A stretch of 63,718 nt of DNA, the filler included, from Candidatus Coatesbacteria bacterium (GTDB lineage Bacteria; JAFGND01): the NCBI GenBank assembly GCA_016927185.1. It is 6 parts of 6 records of this genome, joined end to end, with 100 filler letters (N's around TTAATTAATTAA, not from the genome) between each part and the next. Parts side by side here need not be neighbours in the genome. Positions count along the whole stretch, not along the records: positions 16,170 to 32,945 come from JAFGND010000021.1; 5 more parts are not named here. One strand, given 5' to 3'. Shown here in pieces: positions 19,045 to 29,071 of this stretch. Below the pieces are notes generated by a model that ran no database searches, was not told the origin of the DNA, and saw nothing but the letters and a program-made list of their open reading frames with translations. Position 1 is the first letter of the stretch; every line of letters begins with the position of its first letter. Made by a program: the position numbers and the translations under genes.

Positions 19045-19839
19045 TTGGAAGCGGATAGCGCAAAGGAAGAAGTATTTGTAGAAGAGAAGACAAGATATAA
19101 AGCAGTATGGATTTCGGATATTCATCTCGGTACATGGATTTCACAATCAGATAAGGCATTAAAGTTTTTGAAGGGAATTGATTGTGAATACCTCTTTATA
19201 GTTGGAGATTTCATAGATATGTGGGCAATAAGAAGGAAGTTCTACTGGCCTCAGGAACATAACAATATTATAAGGCATCTCTTGAAAAAAGCCAGAACAT
19301 CAAGAGTTATATATATTCCAGGGAATCATGATGATTTTTTCAGGCAGTTTGATGGATACAAGTTTGGAGGAATAGAGATAACAAATCAATCAATCTATAC
19401 TTCTGTAAAGGGAAAGAAATATCTTGTTACACATGGAGATGAGTTTGATGCAGTAGTGAAATATCACAGGTGGCTGGCATTGATTGGAGATAATGCATAT
19501 TCTGTAATTTTATGGATAAATAAATGGTTGAATGTGATAAGAAAATACTTTGGTTATCAATACTGGTCATTCTCGAGCTATCTGAAACAGAAAGTTAAAG
19601 ATGCAGTGAATTATATATCAGATTTCGAGAAACTCGTAGTTCTTGAGGCAAAGCACCTTGAAGTTGATGGCATAATATGCGGACACATTCACAGACCTAA
19701 TATAGTAATGATTGAAGGGATATTATATTGTAACGATGGTGACTGGGTAGATAGTTGTTCAGCTCTTGTAGAAACTCTTGAAGGAGAACTCATGATTTTG
19801 TTTGATTCAGAAGAGAGAAAAACTTTAACAGAAAATTAA
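19045..19839 (+). CDS. Metallophosphoesterase of the PlcP / UDP-2,3-diacylglucosamine hydrolase-like group
   Basis: ISDIHLG, VGDFID, PGNHD, HGDEFD, CGHIH, YCNDGDWVDSC. Confidence 0.85.
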   Translation: MEADSAKEEVFVEEKTRYKAVWISDIHLGTWISQSDKALKFLKGIDCEYLFIVGDFIDMWAIRRKFYWPQEHNNIIRHLLKKARTSRVIYIPGNHDDFFRQFDGYKFGGIEITNQSIYTSVKGKKYLVTHGDEFDAVVKYHRWLALIGDNAYSVILWINKWLNVIRKYFGYQYWSFSSYLKQKVKDAVNYISDFEKLVVLEAKHLEVDGIICGHIHRPNIVMIEGILYCNDGDWVDSCSALVETLEGELMILFDSEERKTLTEN

Positions 19840-19874
19840 CATAATCTTTATAGCATGTTAACATTGCAGCAATA
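19825..19874 (+). promoter_or_regulatory. Pho-box array upstream of the porin-pstSCAB-phoU operon
   Basis: TTAACA (19825), TTAACA (19836), TTTATA (19847), TTAACA (19858), GCAATA (19869): exact 11-bp period. Confidence 0.8.
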
Positions 19875-19959
19875 TTTTATATTGAAAGGAGTGATTTTGA
19901 AAAGCAATGATTAGATGGAAAGGAACACAAGAAATGGAAAAAAGTAAAAGGAGGAAAGG

Positions 19960-21171
19960 ATGAAGACATTTCTAGTATTATTAACAATTCTTGTATTGGC
20001 ATGTTCTGTATTTGCACTTGATATCGATTTTTTTGGCAAGGTGGAAGGAAGGCTGAGATACGAAACCGACAATCAGACTAACAATACTGATAGTGATCCC
20101 AATACTGCAAAAGATGAATCCAAGTATAATGATTTGTCATTTCTGTATGGTGGTTTCATGGGTACAGAAGCAAAATTCAGGAATTCTCTCAAGGCTGTTG
20201 CTATATTAGCTCTGGATAGTGGCTCAAACCTGACAAAAGCTCCTGACAAGGATGATGACAGTAAGTCAACTCCTTTGACACTGGACGAAGCAGCAGTTTA
20301 TTATAAAACAGATCAATTATTCTTTGCAATGGGAAAATACAATGAAAAAGATCATGTTGGAAAAACACTTCATTATAATCCGCAGAAACCTATTGACTCA
20401 TGGTGGAGCGATGAGCACAGACCTTACATGATTGGTATTTCTCCAGGCTTTTTCGTTAGCAAGAATATTATGTTCAAATTGTCGACAGATGTAATAACAA
20501 ATACTCATGGCTCAACAACAAAGACAAAAGGTGGTTCTGAATCAGAAAATCCGAGCAAGGATCAATGGATGATTTCAGGTTCTATTCCAATGACCTTGAT
20601 GGAAAAAGGCGCATTAACATTCGAACCTATATTCCTCTATTCCCTTGAAGGAATTTCTGAATATGAAGATACTTTAGGTGTAAGTTACAACAGGAATGCT
20701 CCAAGATTGACATTTGGTGCAGCTCTCTCATGGAAAATGACTGAAATGATAACTTTCAATCTTGGGGGAGGAATGACTTCAAGCAATATTGACAAGGAAG
20801 CTGATAATGACAAGTCAATAAATGCAGCATTTCACAAGGATAGTGGCATGGCATTGCATGCAGGATTTTCATTCAAGAATATCGGATTTGGAACAATCAA
20901 TCTTATCGGTCATTACGGAACAAACAAGGAAACAAAAAAATCAGGCAATGCAGAGGAAGACCAGACATTGAATTCCATGTTCTTCAAGGTTGAATATCCA
21001 ATAATTCTGGGAAGACTAGACACTGAAAACGAGAAAAAACGCGAAAAAACACAGATATACTTAAATCCAAGACTCAGGGTCTGGATGTTTACCTGGGATC
21101 CGGATGATGCAAAGGAACTTGACAAGGAAACCAAGATTAGACCAGAATTAATAATTGGTGCAAGGTTTTAA
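19960..21171 (+). CDS. Putative outer-membrane beta-barrel (candidate phosphate porin)
   Basis: Signal peptide, alternating beta-strand pattern, C-terminal Phe (ELIIGARF); directly before pstS. Confidence 0.6.
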   Translation: MKTFLVLLTILVLACSVFALDIDFFGKVEGRLRYETDNQTNNTDSDPNTAKDESKYNDLSFLYGGFMGTEAKFRNSLKAVAILALDSGSNLTKAPDKDDDSKSTPLTLDEAAVYYKTDQLFFAMGKYNEKDHVGKTLHYNPQKPIDSWWSDEHRPYMIGISPGFFVSKNIMFKLSTDVITNTHGSTTKTKGGSESENPSKDQWMISGSIPMTLMEKGALTFEPIFLYSLEGISEYEDTLGVSYNRNAPRLTFGAALSWKMTEMITFNLGGGMTSSNIDKEADNDKSINAAFHKDSGMALHAGFSFKNIGFGTINLIGHYGTNKETKKSGNAEEDQTLNSMFFKVEYPIILGRLDTENEKKREKTQIYLNPRLRVWMFTWDPDDAKELDKETKIRPELIIGARF

Positions 21172-21183
21172 ATAGGAGGAGAG

Positions 21184-22287
21184 ATGATTATTAAGACCTT
21201 TCAAAAAAGTGGTATATTATTCAGCTTATTTTTCCTGTTAATGCTGAGCTGCGGACAACAAACACAGGAAACAAAAAAAGAGGGAGTAATTCAGAAACCC
21301 AAGACAGATGCGAGCCAGATATCATTAATGGGAGCAGGAGCAACTTTCCCTCATCCATTATACTCAAAAATGTTTGATGAGTATCATAATCAATTCAAGG
21401 TAAAGATCAATTATCAGGCAATCGGTTCAGGTGGTGGAATAAAGCAGCTTATTGAAAAAACAGTTGACTTTGGGGGAACTGATGCTCCAATGAAGGAAGA
21501 GGATATAAAGAAAGCGGGAGCAGAAATTGTTCATATACCAATATGTATGGGAGCTGTTGTCCTGACCTATAATCTTGAAGGAAATCCTGAGCTGAAATTG
21601 TCTCCTGAAGTGATTGCTGATATCTTCCTAGGCAAGATAAAGAAATGGGATGACAAGAAAATAAAGGAGCTCAATCCATCAGTCAAGCTTCCCTCGAAAG
21701 AGATTGTTGTTGTTCACAGATCAGATGGAAGCGGAACAACATATATTTTCAGTGATTACCTGGCCAAAATCAGTGAAGAATGGAAAAGCAAGGTTGGGGC
21801 AGGAACATCATTAAAATGGCCTTGCGGTCTGGGAGCCAAGGGTAATCCCGGAGTTGCAGGTTTGATAAAGCAAACCCCCAATTCAATTGGCTATGTCGAA
21901 CTGATATATGCACTTTCCAATAACATGACATATGCAATTGTAAAGAACAAGGCAGGAAAAGATATCAAGCCTACAATGGAAAGTGTTACAAAGTCAGCAA
22001 ATATAACGATTCCAGAAGATACAAAGGTTTCTTTGACTAATACTGAAGCTGAAGAAGGATACCCAATAAGTGGATTAACATGGCTGATTGTATATAAGGA
22101 GCAGAAATACGGCAACAGGGATAAGGCAGTTGCTACAGAAATGACAAAAATGTTCCTGTGGATGATAAAGGATGGACAGAAGTATTGTGAACCTCTTCAC
22201 TATGCTCCATTATCAGAGGAAACTGCAAAAAAGGCAGAAAAAATAATAACCTCATTGACATATAATGGTGAAAAAATCCTTCCATAA
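21184..22287 (+). CDS. pstS: Phosphate ABC transporter substrate-binding lipoprotein
   Basis: GAGATFP, GSGGG, HRSDGSGTT; lipobox LMLSC. Confidence 0.96.
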   Translation: MIIKTFQKSGILFSLFFLLMLSCGQQTQETKKEGVIQKPKTDASQISLMGAGATFPHPLYSKMFDEYHNQFKVKINYQAIGSGGGIKQLIEKTVDFGGTDAPMKEEDIKKAGAEIVHIPICMGAVVLTYNLEGNPELKLSPEVIADIFLGKIKKWDDKKIKELNPSVKLPSKEIVVVHRSDGSGTTYIFSDYLAKISEEWKSKVGAGTSLKWPCGLGAKGNPGVAGLIKQTPNSIGYVELIYALSNNMTYAIVKNKAGKDIKPTMESVTKSANITIPEDTKVSLTNTEAEEGYPISGLTWLIVYKEQKYGNRDKAVATEMTKMFLWMIKDGQKYCEPLHYAPLSEETAKKAEKIITSLTYNGEKILP

Positions 22288-22301
22288 CCTCCTAATCTTA
22301 G

Positions 22302-22328
22302 AGAGAGGAGAACTAGCTCCTCTCTTTA
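22302..22328 (+). terminator. Hairpin after pstS (partial terminator or mRNA stabiliser)
   Basis: AGAGAGGAG-AACTAG-CTCCTCTCT-TT. Confidence 0.65.
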
Positions 22329-22331
22329 AAT

Positions 22332-23237
22332 TTGAGAAAAAGTGAAATGATATCAGACAGGATTTTCAGATATTTTCTGTATTGTTCTGCAATAATAGTA
22401 GTATTGCTACTGGTTTCTATATTTATTACCCTTCTTAATGATTCAATGTTATCAATCAGGCATTTTGGAATTGGTTTTGTTACCAGTAAAGAATGGGATC
22501 CTGTAAAGAATGACTTAGGTTCGTTTCCTTTTCTTATAGGAACATTACTTACCTCATTTCTTGCATTGGCAATTACTATGCCTTTTTCATTAGGTATAGC
22601 AATATTTTTGGGAGAATTCTACAGGGAAGGCTTTGTTTCCACTTTCCTGAAAACTGTCATTGAGTTACTGGCTGGAGTTCCGTCTGTTATTTACGGTTTC
22701 TGGGGTTTATTCATCCTGGTTCCAATAATAAGGGAATTTCAAGTCAAGTTTCATGTAACTCCATATGGTGTAGGGATTTTTACATCATCTGTAATACTTG
22801 CAATAATGATAATTCCATATTCCGCTTCCATAATCAGGGAAGTGATAACTCTGGTTCCCAATGATATAAAAGAAGCTGCCTATTCTTTGGGAGCAACTCA
22901 ATATGAAGTAATCAGGTATATTGTAATTCCAAATTCATTAAGTGGCATATTTGCAGGATTTCTATTGTCTCTTGGAAGGGCACTGGGAGAAACAATGGCA
23001 GTAACAATGGTTATTGGTAACAGTAACTTCATTCCAACAAGCATTTTTTCTCCTGCAAATACAATGGCCAGCGTAATTGCAAATGAATTTACTGAAGCAA
23101 CAACTGATTTGTATCTTTCATCACTAATACAGATTGCACTAATACTTTTTATTGTAACCATGATTATAAATATGATTGGAAAATTCGTAATAAGAAAACT
23201 TGGATATTCAGATAAATCAAAGAAGAAGATGAAATGA
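22332..23237 (+). CDS. pstC: Phosphate ABC transporter permease
   Basis: ELLAGVPSVIYGFWG; GRALGETMAVTMVIGN. Confidence 0.96.
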   Translation: MRKSEMISDRIFRYFLYCSAIIVVLLLVSIFITLLNDSMLSIRHFGIGFVTSKEWDPVKNDLGSFPFLIGTLLTSFLALAITMPFSLGIAIFLGEFYREGFVSTFLKTVIELLAGVPSVIYGFWGLFILVPIIREFQVKFHVTPYGVGIFTSSVILAIMIIPYSASIIREVITLVPNDIKEAAYSLGATQYEVIRYIVIPNSLSGIFAGFLLSLGRALGETMAVTMVIGNSNFIPTSIFSPANTMASVIANEFTEATTDLYLSSLIQIALILFIVTMIINMIGKFVIRKLGYSDKSKKKMK

Positions 23238-24079
23238 ATAATGGTATTAAGTTAAGAATAATCAAGAACAGTATATTCAAGATACTTGTTATTCTGGTTT
23301 CATTTATTCTTGTAATACCATTGTTTCTTATATTCTTTTATATTTTCAAGATGGGAATTTCTTCAATTAACATTGACTTCTTGATAAATTTGCCAAAACC
23401 TGTTGGTGAAACAGGAGGTGGAGTGTCTAATGCAATAATAGGTACATTCATGCTCATTATTTTATCATCGATAGTATCCGTTCCTCTTGGAATTGCAGCA
23501 GGGGTATTCCTCTCAGAAAACAGAAGCAGTAAATTGGCAGGAATTACAAGTTCATGTATTGAGATAATTCAAGGGGTACCATCTATCGTCATTGGAATCA
23601 TAGCATATGTCTGGGTAGTTAAACCAATGGGTAGTTTCACTGCATTATCAGGAAGTATCGCGCTAGCCATAATTATGCTTCCGGTTATTGTCAAGTCTAC
23701 TGAAGAAACATTAATTTTAATACCACATTCATTGAAAGAAGCTGCTTTGTCGCTGGGAGTACCATATTACAAAGTGATAATAAGAGTAATACTTCCTTCA
23801 GGATTAAGTGGAATACTGACTGGAATACTTTTGAGTCTGGCTCGAATTTCTGGTGAGACAGCACCTCTTCTTTTCACTGCTTTTGGAAATCCTTTCATGA
23901 ATTTGAACTTGCTGAAACCTGTTAATTCTCTTCCATTATTAATTTTCAATTATGCAGCTAGCCCTTACCCGGAATGGCATAGTATTGCCTGGGGAGCTTC
24001 ATTTGTATTAATAGCATTAGTTCTTGTTTTAAATTTAACTGCCAAAGGAATTGCAAGGAAATGGAAAGTACAGTTCTAG
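23234..24079 (+). CDS. pstA: Phosphate ABC transporter permease
   Basis: [21 protein letters not shown]. Confidence 0.96.
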   Translation: MNNGIKLRIIKNSIFKILVILVSFILVIPLFLIFFYIFKMGISSINIDFLINLPKPVGETGGGVSNAIIGTFMLIILSSIVSVPLGIAAGVFLSENRSSKLAGITSSCIEIIQGVPSIVIGIIAYVWVVKPMGSFTALSGSIALAIIMLPVIVKSTEETLILIPHSLKEAALSLGVPYYKVIIRVILPSGLSGILTGILLSLARISGETAPLLFTAFGNPFMNLNLLKPVNSLPLLIFNYAASPYPEWHSIAWGASFVLIALVLVLNLTAKGIARKWKVQF

Positions 24080-24819
24080 AAGTAAAGAATTTTTCAGCAT
24101 TCTATGACAGGGTAGCAGCAGTAAGGAATATCAGCATGGATTTCTATACAAACAGGATAACTGCAATAATGGGACCTTCGGGATGCGGGAAATCAACTTT
24201 CATAAGATCAATAAACAGGATGCATGAGCTTACTCCAAATGCAGGAGTGTCTGGAGAAATATTGCTAGATAAGGTAAATATATATAGCATGAGTCCTATT
24301 TTGGTAAGAAGGAAAATAGGAATGGTCTTCCAGAGACCTAATCCTTTTCCAACAATGAGTATTTACGAAAATGTAACATCCGGATACAGGCTTAATGGTA
24401 TAAAGCTGAGCAAACATGAGAGAGACAGTATAGTTGAGGATTCTCTCAGGAAGGCATCACTATGGGATGAGGTCAAGGATTACCTTCACCGAAAAGGGAC
24501 TTTCCTGTCTGGAGGTCAGCAGCAAAGGCTATGTATTGCAAGAGCTTTGGCTGTCAAGCCAGAGATTCTTCTTCTTGATGAGCCAACATCAGCACTTGAT
24601 CCCAAGGCAACAAACAGCATAGAGAAGCTTATTGTTGAGCTGAAGCAGACAGTTACTGTCATAATAGTCACTCACAATATTGCACAAGCTGCAAGGGTTT
24701 CGGATTATACGGCTTTCTTGTTTTTGGGTGAATTGATAGAATATGGCTTGACAGATAAGATGTTTACTACTCCAAAGGACAAGCGAACTGAGGAATACCT
24801 TACAGGTAAATTTGGATAG
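24061..24819 (+). CDS. pstB: Phosphate ABC transporter ATP-binding protein
   Basis: [34 protein letters not shown]. Confidence 0.97.
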   Translation: MESTVLEVKNFSAFYDRVAAVRNISMDFYTNRITAIMGPSGCGKSTFIRSINRMHELTPNAGVSGEILLDKVNIYSMSPILVRRKIGMVFQRPNPFPTMSIYENVTSGYRLNGIKLSKHERDSIVEDSLRKASLWDEVKDYLHRKGTFLSGGQQQRLCIARALAVKPEILLLDEPTSALDPKATNSIEKLIVELKQTVTVIIVTHNIAQAARVSDYTAFLFLGELIEYGLTDKMFTTPKDKRTEEYLTGKFG

Positions 24820-24827
24820 GAGAATTT

Positions 24828-25490
24828 ATGCTTGAAGAGAGAATTAGTCAGATAAAATCAGAAATCATATTTTATGGAAAATTTATTGAAAACATGATAG
24901 ATAAAAGCATCAAGGGATTGCTCCAGAAAAATAAAGAAATGTTAATGGAAGTCATCGAAATTGATGAAGCAAAAGCGAATGAAATAGAAAGCGAGATAGA
25001 AGAGCTTTTAATATCATCAATAGCCCAGTATGAACCAAGAGCAAAAAACCTGAGAATAATAATAATGGCTTTGAAAATCAATAATGATCTTGAAAGAATT
25101 GGAGATCATGCAGTGAATATTTCTGAAAGCGGGATTTATCTTATTGAAAGACCACAAGTAAAGCCATTGCTTGACATACCGAGAATGGCAGAGGAAGCAA
25201 AGAAGGTATTGATAGACTGCATAGAATCTTTCATAACGGAGAATGTTGAACTGGCAAGAAGTGTGTGTGAAAGGGATAATGTGATAGATGATCTGAAGAG
25301 CCAGATTATTCGTGAACTTGTTACATACATATCAGCAAATCCTGATACAATAGAAAGGTCTTTTCACCTGATGAGAATTGCGAACAATCTCGAACGAATA
25401 GCAGATCTTTCCACAAATATAAGCGAAGATGTAATATTCATAGTTGACGGAGTAAATATAAAGCATCACAGACTGGAGGATAACCAGTAA
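24828..25490 (+). CDS. phoU: Phosphate signalling protein PhoU
   Basis: DLERIGDHAVNI and LERIADLSTNI repeats. Confidence 0.96.
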   Translation: MLEERISQIKSEIIFYGKFIENMIDKSIKGLLQKNKEMLMEVIEIDEAKANEIESEIEELLISSIAQYEPRAKNLRIIIMALKINNDLERIGDHAVNISESGIYLIERPQVKPLLDIPRMAEEAKKVLIDCIESFITENVELARSVCERDNVIDDLKSQIIRELVTYISANPDTIERSFHLMRIANNLERIADLSTNISEDVIFIVDGVNIKHHRLEDNQ

Positions 25491-25549
25491 TACCAATAGC
25501 AGGTCCTTTTATTTTTTATCAAGAATCTCAACTTATTCCCTTTTCAGCT

Positions 25550-25641
25550 GACTTTCAGAAGTTCCCTTACTATCTAGAAAGCCATTCTTGTTTTATAACT
25601 GGGAGCTAAAAACAGCTCCTTAACAATGTGCCGCCAGGGGT
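25550..25641. repeat. 92-bp direct repeat, copy 2 (downstream of phoU)
   Basis: 83% identical to 16171-16262. Confidence 0.85.
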
Positions 25642-25734
25642 AAAAATCAAGTTATATAGCCATTTTCCGGAATAGCAATCTTATAATCCTTTATTATGCA
25701 AGGATTTAAAAAATGTATATTCCTGGTTATTTAT

Positions 25735-27375
25735 TTACCTAATTTTTACTATTCGCTTTGTTTCTTTCCCGCTCTTCACTATATAAACTCCCTCTTTCCA
25801 TTTGCTTGTGTCAAGAGAGTGTTTGCCTTTGTCTAACTTCATAATCAATTGACCGCTAAGGGAATAAACAGAAGTTGTATAAGGCAGGAAGAGATACAAA
25901 CGATTGGAAAAGGGAGAAGGACAAACTGAAAATTTTAATGAAGGTATTGAAGTTGTTTCAGTATCATCGAAATCCTGCTGATCAGTAATTGTAAATGACT
26001 GGTCACTGATATCTTCCTTGTAATCATAATCTGCCCAATATCCTTTAACCCAGCAGTCATTTGAAGGATCATCTGGAATTGTCCACATGAAGCTTTTGCT
26101 AGTACCTTGTCCCCTGTAAATCTCTTTATAGTTACCATTTTTACCATTGGATGAGTAGAAAACCATTACTCTTCCATTATCAGGACAATCCCATTGTACA
26201 AGATGCTGTGAGCCTGTCAGCCAGGTTTCCCCGCCATTAGGTGATATCACGCGTATAAATCTTTCTTGTTCCCTCTCCGATTGAACCAGATAACCATAAA
26301 CATCCTTGCCTCCACCAATAAGGTAGGAATTCCCATCAGCAACAATTGCATTCCCTATCTCGCTTCCGGAAGTCCCGATATATTTAGTCCAGAGCGTATT
26401 TCCATCCTTGTCTGTCTTGAGAAGAATAATGTCATTACCGCCTGAACCATAAGATGTTGTATAGCCGCAGAAAACATAACCATCACTTTCAATGCATATA
26501 TCATTGAATTGTTCAAAACCACTTCCTGTAATCCTTTTTGCCCATATATAGTTTCCCGAATTGTTTATTTTTGCATACATTGCGTCATTATTTATTCTGC
26601 CGCATAAAATATAACCATCATCTCCTGTCTTTGCACCAAAGATGATTCCTGGATTATCTGCCTTGATCCATATAACTCTGAATTCAGAATCAACCCTCAT
26701 GTACATACATTGACTTCCGCTATATGATTTAAAACCACCAATAATCATCCCATTGTCGAATGTCATATCCCCTGAATATGCAAAATAATAAGCATCAGAA
26801 GGTGAATAACCGCGTTTAAATACATTGCCGTCTGGATCGAGTTCTGCCATAAAAACCTTGCTTCTATATTTGTGATAATAACTTCCATTATGACCGGTAT
26901 TTCCAATTACATAGAATTTGTCAGCAGCTGGCTTCAGTATTCTCCTCAATTCACTGAATGGTTTGTCTTCTTCCTCTATTTCCATAAGGTGATTTTTTTC
27001 CCATTGTGCATAGCCATAATTATTCAATTTAAACAATACTGATGCTGTAACATAATACAAATGATAACCATCATTCCTGAAGTCTATCTTGTATCCTGCA
27101 ACAAGATATCCACCATCTTCGCATTGAACTGAATATAGAGCTGAATTGTCATTATTCCATCCAAAAGTATAATTGAAAAGAACTGTTCCGTACTGATCAG
27201 TTTTTCCATACCATCCCTTGCTATCAACCTTACCGCAGATCATATTACCGTTATCTGTGCATTTGTTTACTGAATTGATAACAGTCCTGTTTCCGAAATC
27301 ATAAGTCTTCTCCCATGAAAAAAGAGCCGAGGAGCAAATGCAAATAACTGAAACCACTGAAAATAAGGATTTCGT
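25735..27375 (-). CDS. Secreted beta-propeller-like protein with a PNGGE Ig-like domain and T9SS-type CTD; probable start is an ACG at 27375
   Basis: D.G....W.K repeats, ISPNGGETW domain, CTD cassette. In-frame ACG-KSLFS sits 6 nt after AAAGGA (ORF track starts at GTG 27357). Confidence 0.75.
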   Translation of the reverse strand, partial: TKSLFSVVSVICICSSALFSWEKTYDFGNRTVINSVNKCTDNGNMICGKVDSKGWYGKTDQYGTVLFNYTFGWNNDNSALYSVQCEDGGYLVAGYKIDFRNDGYHLYYVTASVLFKLNNYGYAQWEKNHLMEIEEEDKPFSELRRILKPAADKFYVIGNTGHNGSYYHKYRSKVFMAELDPDGNVFKRGYSPSDAYYFAYSGDMTFDNGMIIGGFKSYSGSQCMYMRVDSEFRVIWIKADNPGIIFGAKTGDDGYILCGRINNDAMYAKINNSGNYIWAKRITGSGFEQFNDICIESDGYVFCGYTTSYGSGGNDIILLKTDKDGNTLWTKYIGTSGSEIGNAIVADGNSYLIGGGKDVYGYLVQSEREQERFIRVISPNGGETWLTGSQHLVQWDCPDNGRVMVFYSSNGKNGNYKEIYRGQGTSKSFMWTIPDDPSNDCWVKGYWADYDYKEDISDQSFTITDQQDFDDTETTSIPSLKFSVCPSPFSNRLYLFLPYTTSVYSLSGQLIMKLDKGKHSLDTSKWKEGVYIVKSGKETKRIVKIR

Positions 27376-27628
27376 ATCTTGTCCTTTCTTTTGATTATTG
27401 CAAAAGAGATTTCAACAATTTTTTATGTCAAGGTTTTTTCCGGATTACAAGGACTGGCAACTGTGCAAATGAATGGCATTTCGAAGAGAATCTTTTACTG
27501 TATTACACAATTCTCTTTCAGTCATATTAACATTTTTCAGGAAACAGGAAATTCAATATCCAAGACAATTAGCAGCACACTCTTTTCATATCACTTGACT
27601 CATTTAGCATTTGACGTAGATTTGCTTT

Positions 27629-29071
27629 ATGAAAATATTCCTTGTTATACCACCATGGAATGTCCCTATAATGGCACAGAAAAAGCCCTCTATTTTCAGA
27701 AACTTAAGTATTTACAAGGGATTACCTACTCATGGTTGCTATAATCATATAGGATTTCTCTATATTGCTTCATATCTTGACAGGGACGGTCACAAGATAA
27801 AATATATAGATGGCTTGATTGAAGGAGAGAAAGGTATTTATGATTCAATAAAGAAGGAAAAACCTGATTTAGTAGGTTTCACAGTAGTTACTTCATTATG
27901 GGACAAGGTAAAAGAACTATCTGAAAATATAAAGAGGATAAATCCTTCATGCAAGATAGTTGTTGGAGGTATACATGCAACATTGAAATACAAGGAATGC
28001 CTTGAGGAATGCAGATATATAGATTATGTTGTTATTGGAGAGGGTGAACTTGCAAGCAAAGCCATTGCAAATGCAATTCAGCAGAATGCCAGTATTGAAA
28101 ATATAAAGGGGATAGCTTATAAAGACGGGGATGAGATAAGAATAAACTTGCCTGGAGAAATTATTCAGAATCTGGATGAATTACCATTCCCAGATAGAGA
28201 TCTTGTTCCTATGAAGAAATATATATCTCATCTTGCACTTTTCAAAAACAGGCATGCTGCACATGTTTTTACAAGCAGATCTTGCCCTTATGAATGCTCT
28301 TTCTGCAATATGGGTTCCCTCCTGAACAAGCTGAGAGTGCGTTCCCCTGAAAACATACTTGAAGAGATAAAACTTATATTCAGCAAATATCCATATATAA
28401 AAGATGTCAGTTTCATGGACGAGTTCAATATCTTTTCTGTAAAGCATGATGATGGAAGAAGACTTGCAGAGATGTTCATGAAGCAGTTACCCAGATTCCA
28501 CTGGTCACTGATACACCCAAATTTCTCATGGGATATCGAATTGATGAAGCTATATAGAAAAGCTGGATTATGGAGGATATATCTTCCTATTGATTCTGGC
28601 GTCCAGAGAGTAAGGGATTACACCCATACTCCTCCAAAGTCTGTTGATGAAATCAGGGAATTCACTCATAGACTGCATGAAGCTGGGATAGAATCTGCTG
28701 CCAGATTCACATTCGGACACCCAGTTGAATCCGAGGAGGATATAGAAGCAACAATCGAATTCGCAAAGCAATGCAGAATAAAATATGTGAATTTCCTTCC
28801 AGCTTTGATTGCCCCTTATTCAAGACATTTCAACTATTTAAATGAAAAAAGGCTTATCAATGAAGACATGAAAACATGGAATATATACAATTCCGATTAT
28901 TATGAATCTCATCCTGTATCAAGGAAGAGAGTTGATTTTTTCAGAAGGAAAGCTACAAAGGAATATTATCTGAGATTATCATATTTTAAAGACTATTTAT
29001 GCTGGTCTCTCAAGTCATGGAAAAATTTCACTGAACCATTGCGCTATATCATGAGGATGATCGGGGAATAG
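27629..29071 (+). CDS. Cobalamin-binding radical SAM protein
   Basis: B12-binding region (VVGGIHAT, GEGE) and CPYECSFC CxxxCxxC. Confidence 0.92.
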   Translation: MKIFLVIPPWNVPIMAQKKPSIFRNLSIYKGLPTHGCYNHIGFLYIASYLDRDGHKIKYIDGLIEGEKGIYDSIKKEKPDLVGFTVVTSLWDKVKELSENIKRINPSCKIVVGGIHATLKYKECLEECRYIDYVVIGEGELASKAIANAIQQNASIENIKGIAYKDGDEIRINLPGEIIQNLDELPFPDRDLVPMKKYISHLALFKNRHAAHVFTSRSCPYECSFCNMGSLLNKLRVRSPENILEEIKLIFSKYPYIKDVSFMDEFNIFSVKHDDGRRLAEMFMKQLPRFHWSLIHPNFSWDIELMKLYRKAGLWRIYLPIDSGVQRVRDYTHTPPKSVDEIREFTHRLHEAGIESAARFTFGHPVESEEDIEATIEFAKQCRIKYVNFLPALIAPYSRHFNYLNEKRLINEDMKTWNIYNSDYYESHPVSRKRVDFFRRKATKEYYLRLSYFKDYLCWSLKSWKNFTEPLRYIMRMIGE

